Positions 52,910 through 53,303 of a stretch of DNA of 53,303 nucleotides are shown here, in pieces. Position 1 is the first letter of the stretch; the number at the start of each line of letters is the position of its first letter. Below the pieces are notes generated by a model. The model worked only from the letters and a program-made list of their open reading frames with translations, ran no database searches and had not been told where the DNA came from. Made by a program: the position numbers and the translations under genes. Origin of the DNA: a virus (lineage: Duplodnaviria > Caudoviricetes); IMG/VR virus record IMGVR_UViG_3300044613_003466, positions 1-53,303 of that record; one strand, given 5' to 3'.

Positions 52910-53303
52910 TCAGGCGACAACGTTTTGGAAAAAGTAGCCAACATCAGAAGCGCAAATGAGTTCATTCACGCTTTCGCCCACCCGCACCCGTTGAGCGCCG
53001 CGCAGGCCGGTCTTAGGCTCTGGGATACTGCCGCTCACCCGATTGCCGTATTCAGCGGTAAAGCCAAATGTGATGGCATTACCACGAATAGAGGCCAATG
53101 GGTTGTTGTGGAACAAAGCCATGTGCTTGCCCCACACCCTGACCAGCGTTGGAGTTTGACCGGGCTTAGCAGTGTTGATCCAGCTTTCGCCAATCAGCAA
53201 CCGATCCAGCTCAAGCAATTCGGCAACGGCTTGCACAGATGCCGGAGCGCCATTTGCGTTGCTGGTGCCAGTGTTTCCAGTGCTGGACGGGGCCAGGGCC
53301 GCT
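52910..53303 (-). CDS. Major capsid protein C-terminus (different type from prophage A), 5' end outside window
   Basis: A.LLEL..L.IGE.W.NTAKPGQ...L.RVWG...TFG.TA...G..G...VRVGE...GYFFQNVVA. Confidence 0.75.
   Translation of the reverse strand, partial: AALAPSSTGNTGTSNANGAPASVQAVAELLELDRLLIGESWINTAKPGQTPTLVRVWGKHMALFHNNPLASIRGNAITFGFTAEYGNRVSGSIPEPKTGLRGAQRVRVGESVNELICASDVGYFFQNVVA

Larger units (their letters stand above)
37014..53303. mobile_element. Prophage B (tail module and end of head module), right end outside window
   Basis: Second set of tail tube, tail terminator-like, fibre and head-tail genes homologous to prophage A, plus tape measure and a different capsid C-terminus. Confidence 0.75.

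Noticed and set aside
1-53303. tRNA, rRNA, integrase, transposase or anti-phage defence genes
   Set aside because: None recognisable by eye; small hypothetical genes could hide such functions and need HMM searches

Overview
The window is entirely siphovirus-type prophage DNA, probably from a picocyanobacterium (Cyanobium/Synechococcus-like dcd, tmk and ssb). It holds two related prophages in tandem. Prophage A (<1 to ~37.0 kb) has tail and fibre genes, a lambda-like head/packaging module (ClpP-capsid fusion, portal, GpA terminase, candidate cos) and a long early region (primase-helicase, iteron-like ori, RecE/RecT/SSB, dcd, tmk, C5 methyltransferase). Prophage B (~37.0 kb to >53303) has a complete tail module that partly duplicates A at an offset of 46,689 bp but joins a different capsid type. 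No integrase, reverse transcriptase or intact endolysin is visible. The top signal is an FGE-sulfatase/CLec gene in the early region (30536-31555). It ends in two tandem, independently diversified DGR-type variable repeats in different reading frames, behind a G_GGA_AAG slippery heptamer, the same heptamer found at the tail-chaperone frameshift site of prophage B. One gene may therefore make two alternative hypervariable C-termini. Also notable are a methyltransferase with a nested out-of-frame second subunit and several gene arrays joined by short repeated linkers. All calls come from reading the sequence and recognising motifs; no database searches were run.
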